A DNA stretch of 64,000 nt from Nageia nagi (Eukaryota; Plantae; Pinophyta): assembly GCA_050084985.1 (NCBI GenBank), contig JBITNC010000001.1, forward strand, positions 124,558,001 through 124,622,000, given 5' to 3'. Below, in pieces: positions 24,597 through 37,869 of the stretch. The first letter of the stretch is position 1; each line of letters opens with the position of its first letter. A model generated the notes under the pieces. It was not told the origin of the DNA. It saw nothing but the letters and a program-made list of their open reading frames with translations, and searched no databases. Position numbers and translations under genes: made by a program.

Positions 24597-25085
24597 TGAA
24601 GGATTTGAACTAGATCTAAACAAATCCTTTAGGACCTTAGACTAGGAAACTCAAGTGTACACAAGATAACACAATCACTCAAGATAACACATCAATATAA
24701 TGTGGTTCCTCCCTCCTTGGGAGTACATCCACAACTAGTTCTCTTATTCTCAAATCTATGTCTCTCTTACAACTATTCTCTAGCTCTCTCCTACACAACC
24801 AAGTAGAGTAATCTTACTCAAAACTTAGATATTTTTACATGAGGAGAGGCCCTCTATTTATAGGTTGAGAGCACCTCCCTAACCTTCCTTTAACCCAAGG
24901 GTAAGGTTAGGGTTACATTAAATGTATCACCAAACTTCAACCTACCAACTAACTCCTTTGGTAAAGTCAAAGTCTACATATTAAAGAATTCTATTAATCT
25001 CTTAAGGTATCTACATGCCCTTAAGTGATTAATTGAATTTACAAGGAGTTTAGATATTCACAATATTTCATTACAAATTCTAACA
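24597..25085 (-). repeat. 5' LTR (489 bp)
   Basis: No difference seen versus 16426-16914. Confidence 0.95.
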
Positions 25086-28000
25086 ACCTAATCCTACATC
25101 ACAACATGCACTTACTACACCTTATTTTTGGAATCCATCTACCCCAATTGTCAATCCCAAAGCTAATATTGCTATTCCTAGCATACAAACTCCTAAGTAC
25201 TAAGAGATGCAAAAAAAGATGCAGAAATTGAATATCAACTTGAATAAAATGCAAATCAAACAAGATGTATAAGATCAAAGGAATGATCATAGTGAAGTCC
25301 AAGAACATGATAGAAATCCAAACTTTTAGGTGGATATACCTAAAAACTTCAACTTTCAAAGGCCTAATTGTCCTTGGAATACTACTCCTAATAATAGCTG
25401 CATTCCTAACCCAATGGTCAATAATAATAATGTCAATCAAGTGACTAATGTTGACTTATATGGAAAGGTTAAATACATGATATATAATGCATTCTACAAT
25501 GTTTCATGGAGAGTCAGATTGTCCCGAATTCAAGGCTACATTGAATATTTTTAGCAAGAAATTTAGAATACTGATATGACCCCAAATGAGGAACTTAGTG
25601 CACCTCAGAAATGATACTAATATGATATTGGTAGTAAAGATGTGTGAGAGATGATGAAGATTATGAGAAGTCATTATCAGAAGAAGAAGTATACATAGTA
25701 AAGCAACTCTTTGAAGAAAAAGTTTATGTTGTGCCAGAAGCACCATCAAGTTAGCTCTTTGCACATATAACTTTTGAAGAAGGCATAACTCACCTTAGAT
25801 AATATCCCTACCTCCAAACAATTAAAAAATTCCTTTAGATAATAATTCTTCACATAATCCCCCTCCACCAGTTCAACCAATTCAAATGATAGTTCAACTA
25901 GTGATACAACTAATTGCACAACCAATCTTGTAGGCAGTTACATGACCCATTGAATAGCCAAAGCCACTACAATTGTATGCTTGACAAATTAAGTTGACAA
26001 TGCTACCTCCAAGAGAAGCTCAAAATCAAATAGTACCTGCATAACAAAAAGAAAAAGTAGTTATTGAAGATAATATAGAAACAACCTCATCTCTTAATAG
26101 TATAGTTGATGATATGAAAAAGATAAAGGCAAGTTTGATATTATTTGACATCATACAGAGGGAAGATAAAACAAGAGCTACTTCATAAAGAGCTTAAAAA
26201 GTGTAAACAAAAGTGGATGCCTAAACTTGCAAAGACTAATGTAGTATCAATTCTAAAGGTTACCCCAACTCAACATGGTAGAACCACACTAGGTATACCT
26301 CCACTTCTGATAACATTAAGGATAGCTAGGAAAAATCTTCATAACTATTTTGTAGATGGTAATGTAGCATGAAATGTAATTCCATACAAGACTTGCAAGA
26401 ACATTAAACTATCAATAATGGAAAGCCCTAAAAAGGTTACCTAGTTAGATAAAATAAAAGTGAGGGACATTGATATGGTGCTAATTACTCTCATATGTAA
26501 TTACCATGCAGGGGAGTTATAATCTAGATTTGGATTAAACGAGAAGGTTAAAGAAAACTATAACAAAGTATAATAATATTAATAAAATCCTGTTCACCTT
26601 AGAAGATATAGGGATCTATTCATTAAATGTGACATAGTTCACAGAAAAAATAGACCTTATAATAAACAATACCATCACTCCTAAATCCAAAAAGAAAACT
26701 CCATTTGCAATGCATGCTTCCTCAAGCATAGTAGACACAGAGTTTTGGACCCTTAGGTTTTTCAGTTCAAGATCTAGTCAGGGAAGTGGTGTAGGAGTTG
26801 AATTGCAAATTCTAAAGAATAAAAAGTACCATGCATTATATAGATTGTAATTCCATACCACTTGCAATATGATCGAGTAGAAAGCTCTTATACATGGTTT
26901 AAAATTGGCTCTAATCAAGAATATCAAGCATTTGCAAGTAGTGGGAGATTCAAGAATTAGTGGTGAACCAAGTAAGAGGAATATATACTTGCAAAGAACC
27001 CAAGTTGCATCAATATAGAATTAGAGTATGGGATTTGCTTGATAGTTTTGAATCTTTTAATATTTGAATGGTTCCTAGGAAATAGAACCAAGTCACCAAT
27101 GCTTTAGCCACTGCTACCAATACTTTGTAACCATTGTAAAATGCTAAACTTAGAAGGTTAACAATTGAGATGGTTCCAACACCCTCCATTCTAGATAATA
27201 TCACCAACTTCCAAGTATTCAATGATGATCAACAAATATTGGAATTCATGATCAGTTAAGGGATGTTTGCTTCCCAAGTAATAGGTAAAGATTCGAAAGA
27301 ATCAGAAGACATTAGAGATGGAGTGATTCAACTAAAGACTAATAAAATACCAAGAGGAATTATTTCTCTTGAGAGAATGTTTGACCCAAATATGATCCAT
27401 GGTGAAAAGGTAACTAATTGCATTGATCTTGAACAAGCATATGAGATTAACATTGGTACTCCTTCAGACTTAAAGAATATCGTAATTGGTAAATCTTGTA
27501 TTGATCAATAATAGAAGAAGATCATTGAGGTAATAAGACAATATATTGATATCATATCATGGAAGTATGAGCAACACAAAATATATAATCTCGAAATAAT
27601 CACTCATACTATTCCACTTAAAGCTAAAGCCACACTGTTCTGGCAAAGGCAGAGGTAAGTGAATGCATTACTAGAGTCAATAATTTTTTTAGGAGGTTTA
27701 CAAATAAGAATAATAAGGGATCATTAATCTAATGATGAATTCATCCTAGGTAGCTAACATTGTACCTATTCATAAAAAGAGTAGAGAGATAAGGATCTGC
27801 ATTGAATTTAGGCACTTAAACTGTGTGTCAAAGAAGGATAATTATCCTTTGCCTTCTTCTAAAGTTGCATGGGACTATCTTGAGAGTACCTACAAGGGAT
27901 CATACAAGGTAATACTAGCTAAGCTACAACTCTTACATAGGGAGTTTGAATATCTTAGATTGGAAGATGATGAGACCATTAAACTCTTCATGAATAGAAT

Positions 28001-29349
28001 TCAAGATTTGGTGAATGTTATTAAATCACATGGTGAGGACTTAGATTACACCTAAGTTATTGAAAATGAGTTGAGAATCCTTCCCTGAAATTTTGATCCT
28101 ATCACCATTAATATTGAGGAGTCAAAGGACTTAACTCACTCTCCTATAATATCTTAAAAGCTTACAAACTTATAAGCATACACTCTAGGCTAGATCTAAG
28201 AACCTTGACCAAGCATTTGAATGTAAACTCTAGATGAATGAACAATCTTCTGCTTTCTATAGTTCAAAGAGTACCTTAAGAGGTCATGGTAGAGGTCACA
28301 ATGGTAGAGGTTAAAAAAGAGGTGGTCATGGTAGAGGAAGAGGGTGATCAACTAGTAGGGTCCAAAGTTCAACCCCCTGACATTGTGACTTTTGTGAAAA
28401 AATGACCACAAAGAGCAATATTGCTATCAAAAAAAGAAGAAGCAAAAAACCAACTATAGTAAAGAGCAAGGTGATAATAATATATTATTTAATCACAACA
28501 AATTTGAAGCTATGATGATCAAATATGGTATTTGGATAGTCTGTGTTCAAGCCACATGATCGAGAATAAAAATCTCTTTACTCAATTTGAGGAGAATATA
28601 TCCAAAAAATTTAAATTAGGAGATAACAATCAAGTTGATATTAATGGTAAGGGTTCCATTTCTTTCAAAGCAAAAATCAATAAGATCATGCACATGCATG
28701 GCACCTTATATATTCCTAAGTTAAATCACAATCTCTTTAGCATTGGTCAGATGTGCTTGAAGAACTATATGTTAGTCTTTCGGGAGAGTCTTTATGCCAT
28801 CACCAATGAGATTAATTAGCAAGTTATTGTTAAAATTATCATTTTTGAGAATCACATGTATATTCTTAAAATGAAATATACAACTATAAAATACTTGAAA
28901 TCCACCATTGATCCTACTTAGTTATGGTATTAGAGGTGTGAACACATTAATTTCGACTCACTTCACAGATTTCCTAAGATTGTTAAAGGTATGCCTACCT
29001 TCTCACCTCTATCCAACACTTTGTGTGAGAGATGCATTTTCAAAAAATAACATTGAGAGAAGTTTCCCTCACACCAACATCACACTAATAAACCTTTGGA
29101 GTTGGTACATATAGATATTTACAAACCTATGTAGAATCCAAGCCTAGCTAAGAGTAGGTATATGTTAATATTTAATAATGATTATTCCCAGATTAGTTGG
29201 TTGTATTTATTGCCAAATAAGTAAGATGACTTTAATACTTTTGTCAAGTTCAAAGCACTTGTTGAGAAGCAATCCATATTTAGCATCAAGAACTTTTGGA
29301 CTAACCATGGTGAAGAATTCACTTAAATGAGTTCAAAGACTTCTATAAC

Positions 29350-30763
29350 TATAATATCCCTATTTTTAATAGTATTTTCTCCATTTCACCTTTGATAAAT
29401 GGAAACATTAGAATATAAGTATTTTTAATTAATTTGGGTAATTTATTAGATTTTATGCCCAATTATTTTAAGTTCCACTTCAAGAATAATTAATTACTCC
29501 AATTAAGGGACAATGGGGTCTATTTTAGTATTTTATAAATTAATTTATATTTTAATGCCAATAATTATGTAATTAAAAATACCAAGGTAATTATTTATTA
29601 TAAATACAATATTAGTCACCAGTAATGGGATATTGCATATATTTATCCTTGATGAATGTAATATTAGCATTAATATGCATCTCTTGTAATAATTGCTCCC
29701 TTTTGAGGTAGATTATAAATATAAGTGATTTCGCCCATCACCATGCAACAAGAGGCATCCTAGCTTAGACTTAGTACTCCTAGAGGATTGGACCATTTTT
29801 TGGCATTTCAAAGCATCAAAGAAGAGCCTAATACCCAACATTACACTTAGGATGCATAAATGATGATTTCATGGATCCCAAGATGCATGAAAATCCCCCT
29901 TTATGAGATATTACAATTAGGAGGCCTTGGATATGTTAAATCTCATCCCAAAACTCCCCATATTGGATGTTGACTCAAGAGCACACAAATTACCCTTGGA
30001 TACTATTAGATTATTATTACTTCTTCTCTTCTTGGTTGGAGCTTGTCTCTTCTAGAATTTCACTTCTATGGAGTGAGGTACATATATCGAGGTGTAGTAC
30101 AAGACTTACATGGGCACACACTTGGGGGTTAGTGTAACCCAAGTTATTAGCTAGCTATTTAGGAATGTTGGCATTACCATGGATTACTGTAACACTACAA
30201 TTGGATCTTTGAGATCCCACCACAACTACTAACGAAGGAAGCCAAGGTGCACACTTCACCATACTACAGATATTGAGCCCTAGAGCATCAATCATTAGCA
30301 ATAATATTATAATTAAGGTTCATTACCATTTCTACATTTGAATACAATTACATTATTTTGTTATCTCTTTTCCATTTCTCATCTTGGTATATAGATTAGA
30401 TATATGATATGGTGTGAGTGTGTTATTTTCATATTTATCCTTCTTTCTTGGATGTTGGATGTTTAGTGCTTAATTGATCCATTTACACGTATTCAACTTC
30501 CATACTTACTACATTGGATATGTATTGACTATAGCTTAAGATCTTGTTGGTATTTCTAAACATAGGGGTTGTTGCATGCTTAATTACCTTCTAGAGCTAG
30601 ATGTTGGCATCCTTGCTTAATTTTATTTATTATTGATGAGATCAAGAGTTGTGAAGGAAAATGTCCCTCTCTTAGGGAACATTTGGCAACTTTGCTTGTT
30701 TCTTGCATTTTGAACTTAAGGGATTTAGGAGAAATATCAGGTGAACCCTAGTTAGGCTCATCA
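29350..30763 (+). mobile_element. ~1.4-kb insertion, probable solo LTR, inside Copia B integrase
   Basis: Integrase reads EFKDFY before it and KYKIK..YTP..NGV after it. The insert starts TATAATATCCC, ends ...CATCA and has a TATAAATA; no clean TSD. Confidence 0.6.
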
Positions 30764-33007
30764 TAATAAAAAATATAAGATAAAGTAACAATATATAATT
30801 ACCTATACTCCATAATATAATGGAGTCATAGAGAAGAAGAAACATATAGTCACTGAGATGACCCAAAGCATGCTCAAAGATATGGGAATAGATAACAAAT
30901 TATGGAGAAATTTGTACACACTATTGTCTATATTTTGAATCACTTCCCCATTAAAGCTATGTAGCATTTAACCCCACATGAGGCTTGGTTTGGTAATAAA
31001 CCCAACATATCTCACCTTTGGGTATTTGGATATACATGTTACATGAATTTTCCCAAGGATAATAAGAATAATTTGGATAAAATGTCCATTAAATGTATCT
31101 TTGTGGGATACTTTGATGAGTTTAAATCCTACCAATGCTATGATCCAATTATCAAGAAGTTGCATATCAATAGGGATGTGATCTTTAATAAAGAGGGAGC
31201 ATATGAGAAGGATTATGATACCCCTAACATCACTCAAGAGTTTGAAGATAATAGTTTTTATTAGCTAGTTAAGCCATTATAGCATCCCAAACCCCTCCAA
31301 CCTTAACAAGCTAACCTCCATGTGGCTACAATTCCTTCTAAGAGAAAGTTTACCAGAGATCATTTGAAATCTCAAATGTTAGATAAGGAATTCACTAGAA
31401 GAGTGATCTAAAAAAAAGTAAGGGGGTTGATCAAATCACCAACTATGCCTTAATATTCTCTTCTCTTATTGATCCTTGCAACTTTAAAGTTGTTGCAAAT
31501 AAAGATTAAAAATTGGCCATCAAAGATGAGATAGAGAAAATCCAAAAGAATGCCTCTTGGGAGCTTGTTCATCCTCCCAAGCATAAAAATATTATTGAAG
31601 TAAAGTGGATCCATAATCTCAAGCACAATTTTGGTGGTAGCGTTATCAAATATAAAGCTTGCTTGGTTGCAAAGGATTATGTGCAAAAAGAATGCCAGGA
31701 CTATGAAGAGACATTTGTCCTAGTAGCCATACTTGAGATAGTCAAATCTCTTCTTCCTCTTGCATCCTATTTTAAACTTACTATACATAAAATGGATGTA
31801 AAATCAACCTTATTAAAGGGATAATTTAAAGAATAAGTCTATGTGTACCAACCATAAGGATTCACCATTACCATCCATGAAGATAAAGTGTATAGGTTGA
31901 AGAAAACTTTTTATGGGCTCAACCAAGCACCTAGAGCTTGGTACTCTAGAATTGAAACCTACTTCCATTAAAATGGATATCAAAGATGTTCAACAAAACC
32001 TACATTGTTCATAAAATAAGTGGTTCTAAATTCATCATCATTTGTTTATATATTGTTGATATTAGTTTCACAAGTAGTTCCAATTCTCAGATACAACAAT
32101 TCAAGAATACCATGGTAAATAAGTTTGAGATGAGTTATCAAAGTGAAATGCAATAATTTTTGGGTATACAAGTGAAATAATCATCTAGTGGAATTTTTAT
32201 CACTCAAACCAAGTATATAGAACATCTCTTGGTAACATTTTCCATGCAAGATTGCAAACCATTTGGTACATTGAAAGTAGTAGGTTGCAAATTGATGAAA
32301 TAAAACTCCACTTCTCTTGTGGATGCAACCTTGTATAGGTATTTAGTTGGTGTCTTGATGTATCTTATAGCTACAAGATTGTATATTATGTTTTGTAGTG
32401 ATCTTAGTAGCAACATTTATGCATTCATCACATGATTCCTATTGGAAATAAACCAAGAGAATTCTCTAGTATGTTAGTGGCACCAAAACTCTTTTCCTAT
32501 GTATAAAGCCACTAAATCTAATACTTTAGAATTATACATAGATTCATATTGTTTAGGAAGCCTAGATGACTAGAAAAACACATTTGGTTATGCTTTCTAC
32601 TTTGATACCTCATTAGCGTCATGGAGTAGCAAGAAGCAACAAATAATTACTCTTTCTATTGTTGAAGCAGAATACATGGTTGCCTCCTTTGTTTGCACTC
32701 AATCCATTTAGATGACCAAGTTATTTGAATACCTAGGTATGAAAATTACCTAACCAATTCCCATACACTATAACAACACCAATATCATTGCTATGACCAA
32801 GGACCTAATGTTTTATACTAGGACCAAGCATATCGACATACAACACCATTTCATAAGAGACTTAGTCGAGAATAGATTCATAGAATTCAAATTTTTCAAG
32901 TGTAAAGAACATATTACAAATATATTCATAAAATATTTTCCATAGGATAGATTCCTTATTCTTCAAAATTAAATAGGAATTCAACCCATTCACATTAAGG
33001 GGGAGAA

Positions 33008-34619
33008 TGAAGCAATTTAATATTCCATGTTTGAATTCCACACTTTTGATCAACTCCCACCAACCTACCAATGACTACTTTCTAATATAATTGTTCTCCT
33101 TTCAAATTAATCACAATTGTAGGATTTGTAGAACTAGTTATACGTATATAGTTGAGCTTTTAATACTCACAATCTAGATTAGGTTTAGAATCATGAACAT
33201 CCATATATTTTATCATCAAGTAATGAAATCCATTTAAGTTTCTCCTAATTCTCTTAGAGTACCTATAATATGTCAAACCTGTTAGAATCTAAAGCACCTC
33301 ATTTTCTCTTTATATAAATATAAAATTTACATTTCATTATAAGTAAATGCGTAACTCATAATCTAGATTAGATTTAGAATCATGGACTTCCATATATTTT
33401 TTCATCAAGTAATGGACATCCATTTAAGTTTTTCCTAATTCTTTGAGTAAACCTATAATTGTTGGACCTCTTGGAGTCTAAAACACTCCATTTGATCTTT
33501 GTATAAATATAAAATTTGCATTTCATTATAGGTTAATGCTTTTACTATAATAAGTATTGTCATTTTAGCTTTAATAGAAAGCATTCATATTTCTCTGTAA
33601 CTTTTCTTTATGGTTGTGTAGTGTGTTTTTCATTTCAAAGTTTGTATGCATGAGAAAATACTTTTAGATATTTATAGGAGTATTTGGAGTCTATTTTAAG
33701 GTAATATTCATATATTTGGGCATATTTCAACTATGTGGGTACTTGTTTTTTTTTTGTTTTGTTTAGAGCAATAGATTTAGATATTTTCATGATTGCTTCA
33801 AATTGCCTTATTTGGATCAGTTTGATTTAAGAAGCTATAAATTTTATGTAGATATTATTTTAGTATGATTATTTTTATGTTGTAAATTTGAATTCAATAC
33901 CTTTCCAACCATATATAACATGTTATACTAAATTTTCTGATCACACTCATAAATCATAAAATATAGACCTGCATTTTATAGTCTTACTCAAGGAGCTTCA
34001 TGGAGTCATAAACTTCAATATCATTTTTTATCCATATTTTGTTCTCAAAATATTTTTAAACTTTCACATTGAATAAATAATTTCTTACTATTTCCAACAT
34101 TATCTAACACTTCTATATTTTTTTGATATTCGACTAAGTTATAGCCTTCCAAATTCAGCCCAAAAAACTAGTCTAGTTGCATTTTGGTACCCTAGGAATA
34201 CTTTGCTAATGTCATCATATTCTAGTGCCTAGGAAGGCATAGTTTGTCTTGATTCTAGATCCTTAGCCTAATTTTTATGATATTAACACTTTTAGACCTT
34301 TAGCAAATTTCTTTGTGATGTCATTTATGATTTGAACAAGTCTTTTAGACCCTGAGAGGCTCATAGAAGGCCCAAAATACCCTGTAAAGAGGATTTTGAT
34401 TAACTTCAAGGTATAAAACTTATTTTAGTGTTGTAAGAATCTAAATATCTCTAGGACATACCTATATGATGTCATTTCATGTTCAAATAAGAATTTTTGG
34501 CCCTAGAAGCTCATGTAAGGCCCATAATGTTTTAAAATCAACTCAAGAACTTTAAATTCACATTCTCAAAGATCCAAAAGTTCATTTAAGCCATGTAAAC
34601 ATTATTTGGAAAGGTATTG

Positions 34620-34667
<48 letters not shown>

Positions 34668-34783
34668 TGTATATAGGAAAATACAATTTTTAGATAAGTT
34701 TAAACAATCTTAAAACCTCTAAAAGTTTCAATCTCCTTATCATTCTCAAATCACTATATTGGGTTGATCTTTTTAAATCTTCA
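33008..34783 (+). repeat. LTR of Copia family B (~1.78 kb) containing a ~190-bp tandem duplication (~33164-33540) and an (AT)n tract (~34623-34658)
   Basis: TGAAG...CTTCA ends; follows a PPT; shares sequence blocks with 49112-50393. Confidence 0.7.
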
Positions 34784-34785
34784 TT

Positions 34786-34797
34786 TGATATCAGAGC
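34786..34797 (+). promoter_or_regulatory. PBS-like site (tRNA-iMet, 1 mismatch)
   Basis: TGATATCAGAGC 2 nt after the LTR end. Confidence 0.7.
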
Positions 34798-35759
34798 TTG
34801 GAGTTATGAGCCTCTAAATGTTCATTGATTATTCTAATGATGATATTGTTCTTAGTGATAATAATGATTCTAGTGATGATAAACATACCATTATGATTAT
34901 ACATGATGATCAAGAAATAAGTGATGATATTGGCTATTATATTATTTCAAAATAATTGTTGATATCATAAAGATTAATCATAAGGATATTGATATAGTTA
35001 ATTTATTTAATAACAAGATACATAAGTTCAAATGTCTTATTGCAGTTACATAAACTAAGTTTTACTTAATTTATATAATTACTTAAAATAAATAAATAAT
35101 AATTATTAAGTTACTTGGTGCTATTTCATTAATATCAATATAATAGTAGAATAATGTGTATTATATTTTGTAGTTGATGGTTGGCCCAAGGTGTGGGCAA
35201 AGACCCAAGGAGTGGGTTATATCATGGAGTCCCCTATAAATCCCTTATATACATAAGTTCACTATCAAGATAAATTTGGTAACTTATTTTGAGCTTGATA
35301 GTGGCATATTCCCACTTAGGTGTTCTTCAACATTGCCTTATCAAGATTAGAATTTGGATACTCTATCTTTCTTATGTGAGTTATTATTTTATTATTGCAC
35401 ATATTTCTAATATCTAAGTAGGTGAATGAAGCATTAACATTAATATCAACATGTAACTCCTTCAATATATAATTGATAATGACATGTTGAGGACTAATGG
35501 TGGCCTATTGAGGATTGATCAAGAATGTGGAGGATCGACAATGACCCATTAAGGATCAATGGTGATCCTTATCTCATGTATTAATGAGTTGTGACTTTGG
35601 TTGGGTACTTTTTGGTTAGAATCCCAAATGATACCCTTATTCATACTTGGATTCACCAAATATGGAGCTCACATGGCATTAACGTGGCAAATATCTAGAA
35701 TTTAACCAAGGTTTATTTTCTATTTCATTTTATTGACCCTTATCAAGCTCAAGATACTT

Positions 35760-36850
35760 TAAACAAGTTCCTTAGATAGTTCATAATTTCTTGCTTATCC
35801 TACAAGTTTATACTTAGGATTTTATTGCTAGTAACAACCAAAGATGGAAGTTCTAATCTAGGTAAAGTTTCTTAGTTTATCAATTCCCTTATGGGATTTT
35901 CTTCATAACCTAATTGCTTATGTAGGAAAATTTTTATGTGAGGAATCTAAATGATTTTTTTCACTTTGCCCTTCTAAAAGGGTTTGCATTAAATTTGACT
36001 TGACTAAATACCTACAACAATGCTTGAATATTAAGATTGGTGATACTATCATTTGATAATAGGTTTTGTATATAAATATATCAAACACTTGTTATTGTTT
36101 CTAATATTTAATGCATAAGATAAAATATTATCATCTTATAGAATGGAAATTTAGGCAAGCTCAAGACTCCTTTGCTTCCCTTGCTAATCCTACCACCAAA
36201 GCTAGAGGTGGGCATGAGGAATGAAACTCTATTTCTAAGAGGAGAACTAATAAAAATAAGTTACCATTCATAGACATCCCTACCTCTCATGCCATCTGAT
36301 CTAATTATTTTGGACTAACACCCTTAATTTTCACCCCCTCGCTACTTTCCTCTTCTCATATACATAATGTAATTATGAAAAAACTTGCCACTTATTTGAT
36401 GCTCATTAATTCCATGCAAAATTTCCCCTTGTGTTCTTAGAACCCCAATCATAACCTTTCTCCTCTTATCAATGGTTAGGGCCCTCTTTTGATTTTGTAT
36501 TCACAAATTTGCATCCGTCCCTTAGTTCTATTTTATCTTCTTCCTCCCAAAGTTTTTTGGGTTTTGTCCCTTCTCAAACTTTAGTGGTGGAGGATTATCT
36601 TTTCAAAGCTTATCACTCTTGTATTCCCTTGAGAGATGGATAATAACCATTTATGAACAAACATCATAAAATGGATGAGGTCCATCACCAAATGGCCATC
36701 TTAGTATAAAGAAAGATAAATACTTCCAATTCCTTTGATTCCCTAGGAGTTTTGGAAGCAGGAAAGGATGTCATGGGAATTATGAATCTTGAAAATTCCC
36801 CATGATCAAGGATCATTTCAAGAGCCCTTCCTCAAAAGTAACATAGAAAA
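35760..36850 (+). mobile_element. LINE ORF1 remnant
   Basis: KRVCIKFDLTKYLQQCLNIKIGD resembles the ORF1 at 7408-7734. Confidence 0.6.
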
Positions 36851-36964
36851 TTTTTGGTGAATCAAATTCATATGTAAGGTGATTTTAAGAAAATTTGTAA
36901 AAATTACAAAGGAAAATTTAAAGCTAAAAAAACTTCATATAGATTTTTTTAGCAAATTTAATGA

Positions 36965-37570
36965 GTTTTATAGCAGCTTGCTACTGAGTGACACCATTAT
37001 TATACTAATTGATGGTAGTCTACTACCAAATGGTAGTAATTTGCTATCAAGTAGTAGCAGTCTACTACTGGGAGTCTACTACCAAGAGTTTACCTTTGAG
37101 TGATAGCAGTCTACCTCTAGGCGATAGCAATCTGCCTCTAGGTGGTAGCAGTCTACTATAGGGTGGTAGTAGTATACCTTTAGGTGGTAGCAATATGCCT
37201 TCGAGCAATAGCAGTCTACCTTTGGGCAGTAGTAATCTACCTTCGAGCTGTAGCAATCTACCTTTAGGTGGTAGTAGTCTACCTTTGGATGGTAGAAATT
37301 TGGTACCAGGTGGTAATAGTATGCTATCGAGTGGATGCTACTAGATGGTAGCAATTTGCTATTGAGAGGCTACTATTGGTTGGTAATAATATGCTATTAG
37401 GTGGTGGTGGTATGCTACCAAGAGGTTATTATTGGTTGGTAGCAATTTGCTACTAGATAGCTGCTACCTTGTGGTAGTAGTCTACTATCGAGGGATGATA
37501 GTTTGCTACTGAGGTAGTAAGATGCTACTGAGAGGTAGCAAGATGCTCTCGATAGTAGGATGCTATTAGG
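36965..37570. repeat. 21-bp minisatellite (GGTGGTAGCAGTCTACCTTTA consensus, roughly 25-30 degenerate units)
   Basis: Visible 21-nt periodicity, with 7-aa periodic translations on the minus strand. Confidence 0.85.
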
Positions 37571-37869
37571 AGGTATCAAGTTTAGATTAATGTATTTATA
37601 TTAGGTGATTTGGTCTAAATATAAATAGTAATTTATAATTTCAAGGTGAAGTTAGCTATTTATTATTTCTAAATATCGATGAAAAACTAAAAATTTAATT
37701 TAAAATATTGATTTGACTTGGCAACCCGATCCAAAAAAAATAAAAAAATAAAAAAATTTGATGATAAGGGTGTTATTGTAACTCAAAAAACTCACTAATT
37801 TCAATTTTAGGAAACTTTAAAATTCGCTTATTAGTGAATATTCACGGCTAAAATGATCCCTACCCATGA

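Larger units (their letters stand above)
16426..25085 (-). mobile_element. Ty1/Copia LTR retrotransposon family A, full-length (8660 bp), recent insertion
   Basis: 489-bp LTRs that look identical, TSD ACCTA (16421-16425, 25086-25090), PBS, PPT, and gag-PR-INT-RT-RH order. Confidence 0.97.
8687..27855 (+). mobile_element. Decayed Ty3/Gypsy Tat-lineage (TatII-like) element, interrupted by the Copia at 16426-25085 and truncated in RT; left boundary uncertain
   Basis: Protease PPLLITLRIARKNLHNYFVDGNVA (~26290), additional RNase H (~26740-27130), RT N-terminus (INIGT...ANIVPIHKKSREIRICIEFRHLN...KDNYPLP). The long upstream region is assigned by continuity only. Confidence 0.6.
27856..34783 (+). 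mobile_element. Decayed Ty1/Copia family B, 5'-truncated (gag-pol remnant plus 3' LTR)
   Basis: AWDYLESTY..LQLLHREFE gag, WYLDSLCSSHM protease, KCIFVGY, YKACLVAKDY, MDVKST, AEY, RTKHID motifs; PPT AAGGGGGAGAA at ~32997-33007. Confidence 0.85.

Noticed and set aside
37065-37354. Leucine-rich or Tyr/Cys periodic proteins
   Set aside because: Translations of the 21-bp minisatellite.
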